The position numbers and the translations under genes were made by a program. Of a stretch of DNA of 64,000 nt, positions 62,823 to 64,000 are shown piece after piece. The stretch lies in NCBI GenBank assembly GCA_038087875.1, contig CM075991.1, positions 3,596,001 to 3,660,000 on the forward strand, given 5' to 3'. Under the pieces are notes generated by a model. That model was not told where the DNA came from, did no database searches, and worked only from the letters and a program-made list of their open reading frames with translations. The DNA comes from Malacoraja senta (Eukaryota). How positions within the stretch are numbered: position 1 is the stretch's first letter; each line of letters begins with the position of its first letter.

Positions 62823-63279
62823 GGAAAGTGGACATGATTGCGGGCAGCTTTGGGCAAGAGGGTGGGGGCAATAGAAGCAATGGGCTGGGGGGGGGGGGAA
62901 GGAGCATTAATAATTTAGATATAGGAGCAGCAGAGTGTGGCCGTTCAGTCCAGCTAACCCTATCTCAAAATACAATGCGTGGCCTCCATTCCTCCCCCTC
63001 CTGCCAAAATCACAGTGCATGCCAACTCTGTGCCATTCCCAAGTTGGCACACCTACCCATTGGCTTGGCACACTCCCTCTTGCCCAGGCTTGGCATAAAC
63101 CCAACCACCCCTCTCCCTCTGTGCTGTACATTGACTACACCCCATCCCCACCCTCTATGCACCAACCCATGCCCCTTGCCTTCCCCTCCTTCTCACCAAT
63201 GCACAAACTCCCTCCCCCATACACCAGCCCACACACCCTCACCTACCCTCCCCACCCCCCACTTTTCTAACCTCCACCA

Positions 63280-63494
63280 AGCCTCTCTCCCCCTCTCCCT
63301 CCTCCACTCACTTCTCTTCACCTCTCTCTCCCTACCCTCTCTCCACCTTCACCCATATCCCTCCACTCTCTCTCCCCCTCCCCTCTCTCTCTCCCTTCCC
63401 TCCCCTCACTTCCTTCTCCCCTCACCTCTCTCTCCCCTCTCCCCCTCTCCCCTCTCTCTCCCCTCCCCTCCTCTCTCCCCTCTCTCCCCTCCTC
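63280..63494. repeat. CT-rich polypyrimidine low-complexity tract running into the gap
   Basis: Direct inspection. Confidence 0.9.
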
Positions 63495-63694
63495 NNNNNN
63501 NNNNNNNNNNNNNNNNNNNNNNNNNNNNNNNNNNNNNNNNNNNNNNNNNNNNNNNNNNNNNNNNNNNNNNNNNNNNNNNNNNNNNNNNNNNNNNNNNNNN
63601 NNNNNNNNNNNNNNNNNNNNNNNNNNNNNNNNNNNNNNNNNNNNNNNNNNNNNNNNNNNNNNNNNNNNNNNNNNNNNNNNNNNNNNNNNNNNNN
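63495..63694. other. assembly gap (200 N) after a CT-rich low-complexity tract
   Basis: Exactly 200 N. Confidence 0.98.
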
Positions 63695-64000
63695 GTAGAG
63701 GTTTAAGAGAGTGGGCTGATTGTAATGATTGATCACAGGACCCACTTCTGGGACCAGCACGTGGGAGAGTTGCCCAGCTTGGCCGCCATCTTTCGTGCGA
63801 AAGGGTGATTGATTAAGTTGGTATGGACTAGCTGGGCCGAAGGGCCTGTTTCCACGCTGTATCTCTAAAACATAAAAAGAGTCAACCATGGAGCTGTGAG
63901 CGGCTGTCAGGCTCAGCGTCCAGAAAACTGTGGGCATCAAGCGACCAGAAGCGGTAAAGTGAGAATGGTCACGTTGTGTAACTGTTACAATGTGACCCGG

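Noticed and set aside
62819..63706. 295-aa Pro/Ser/Leu-rich ORF
   Set aside because: Low-complexity CT tract running through the N gap.

Overview
Vertebrate genomic DNA, probably a cartilaginous fish (skate/ray-like; inferred from the HE1-like V-SINE / CR1 / Penelope repeat landscape). Most of the window is transposable-element sequence. Two partial protein-coding genes lie on the minus strand. (1) Exons 2-7 of an HtrA-family serine protease (55356->32692) with an intact His/Asp/Ser triad; it is probably HTRA4 by ADAM9 adjacency, and exon 1 and the last PDZ exons were not found. (2) The 3' part of ADAM9 (30401->8703): Cys-rich, EGF-like, transmembrane and Pro-rich tail. The two halves meet across a 200-N gap (30525-30724), producing an apparent HtrA-ADAM9 chimera with compatible splice phases; this is most likely a gap artefact but is testable. 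The introns carry: a 5'-truncated Penelope-like element with an open RT-GIY-YIG frame; many Penelope-derived terminal repeats with a minimal hammerhead-ribozyme-like core; CR1 and Rex1/Babar LINE fragments; V-SINEs; two near-identical teleost-like SINEs; eight PIF/Harbinger-type MITEs; three hAT elements; a Tigger-like element whose TIR is tandemly amplified; and TE-derived minisatellites. Exon boundaries were read by hand from splice sites; repeat boundaries are approximate.
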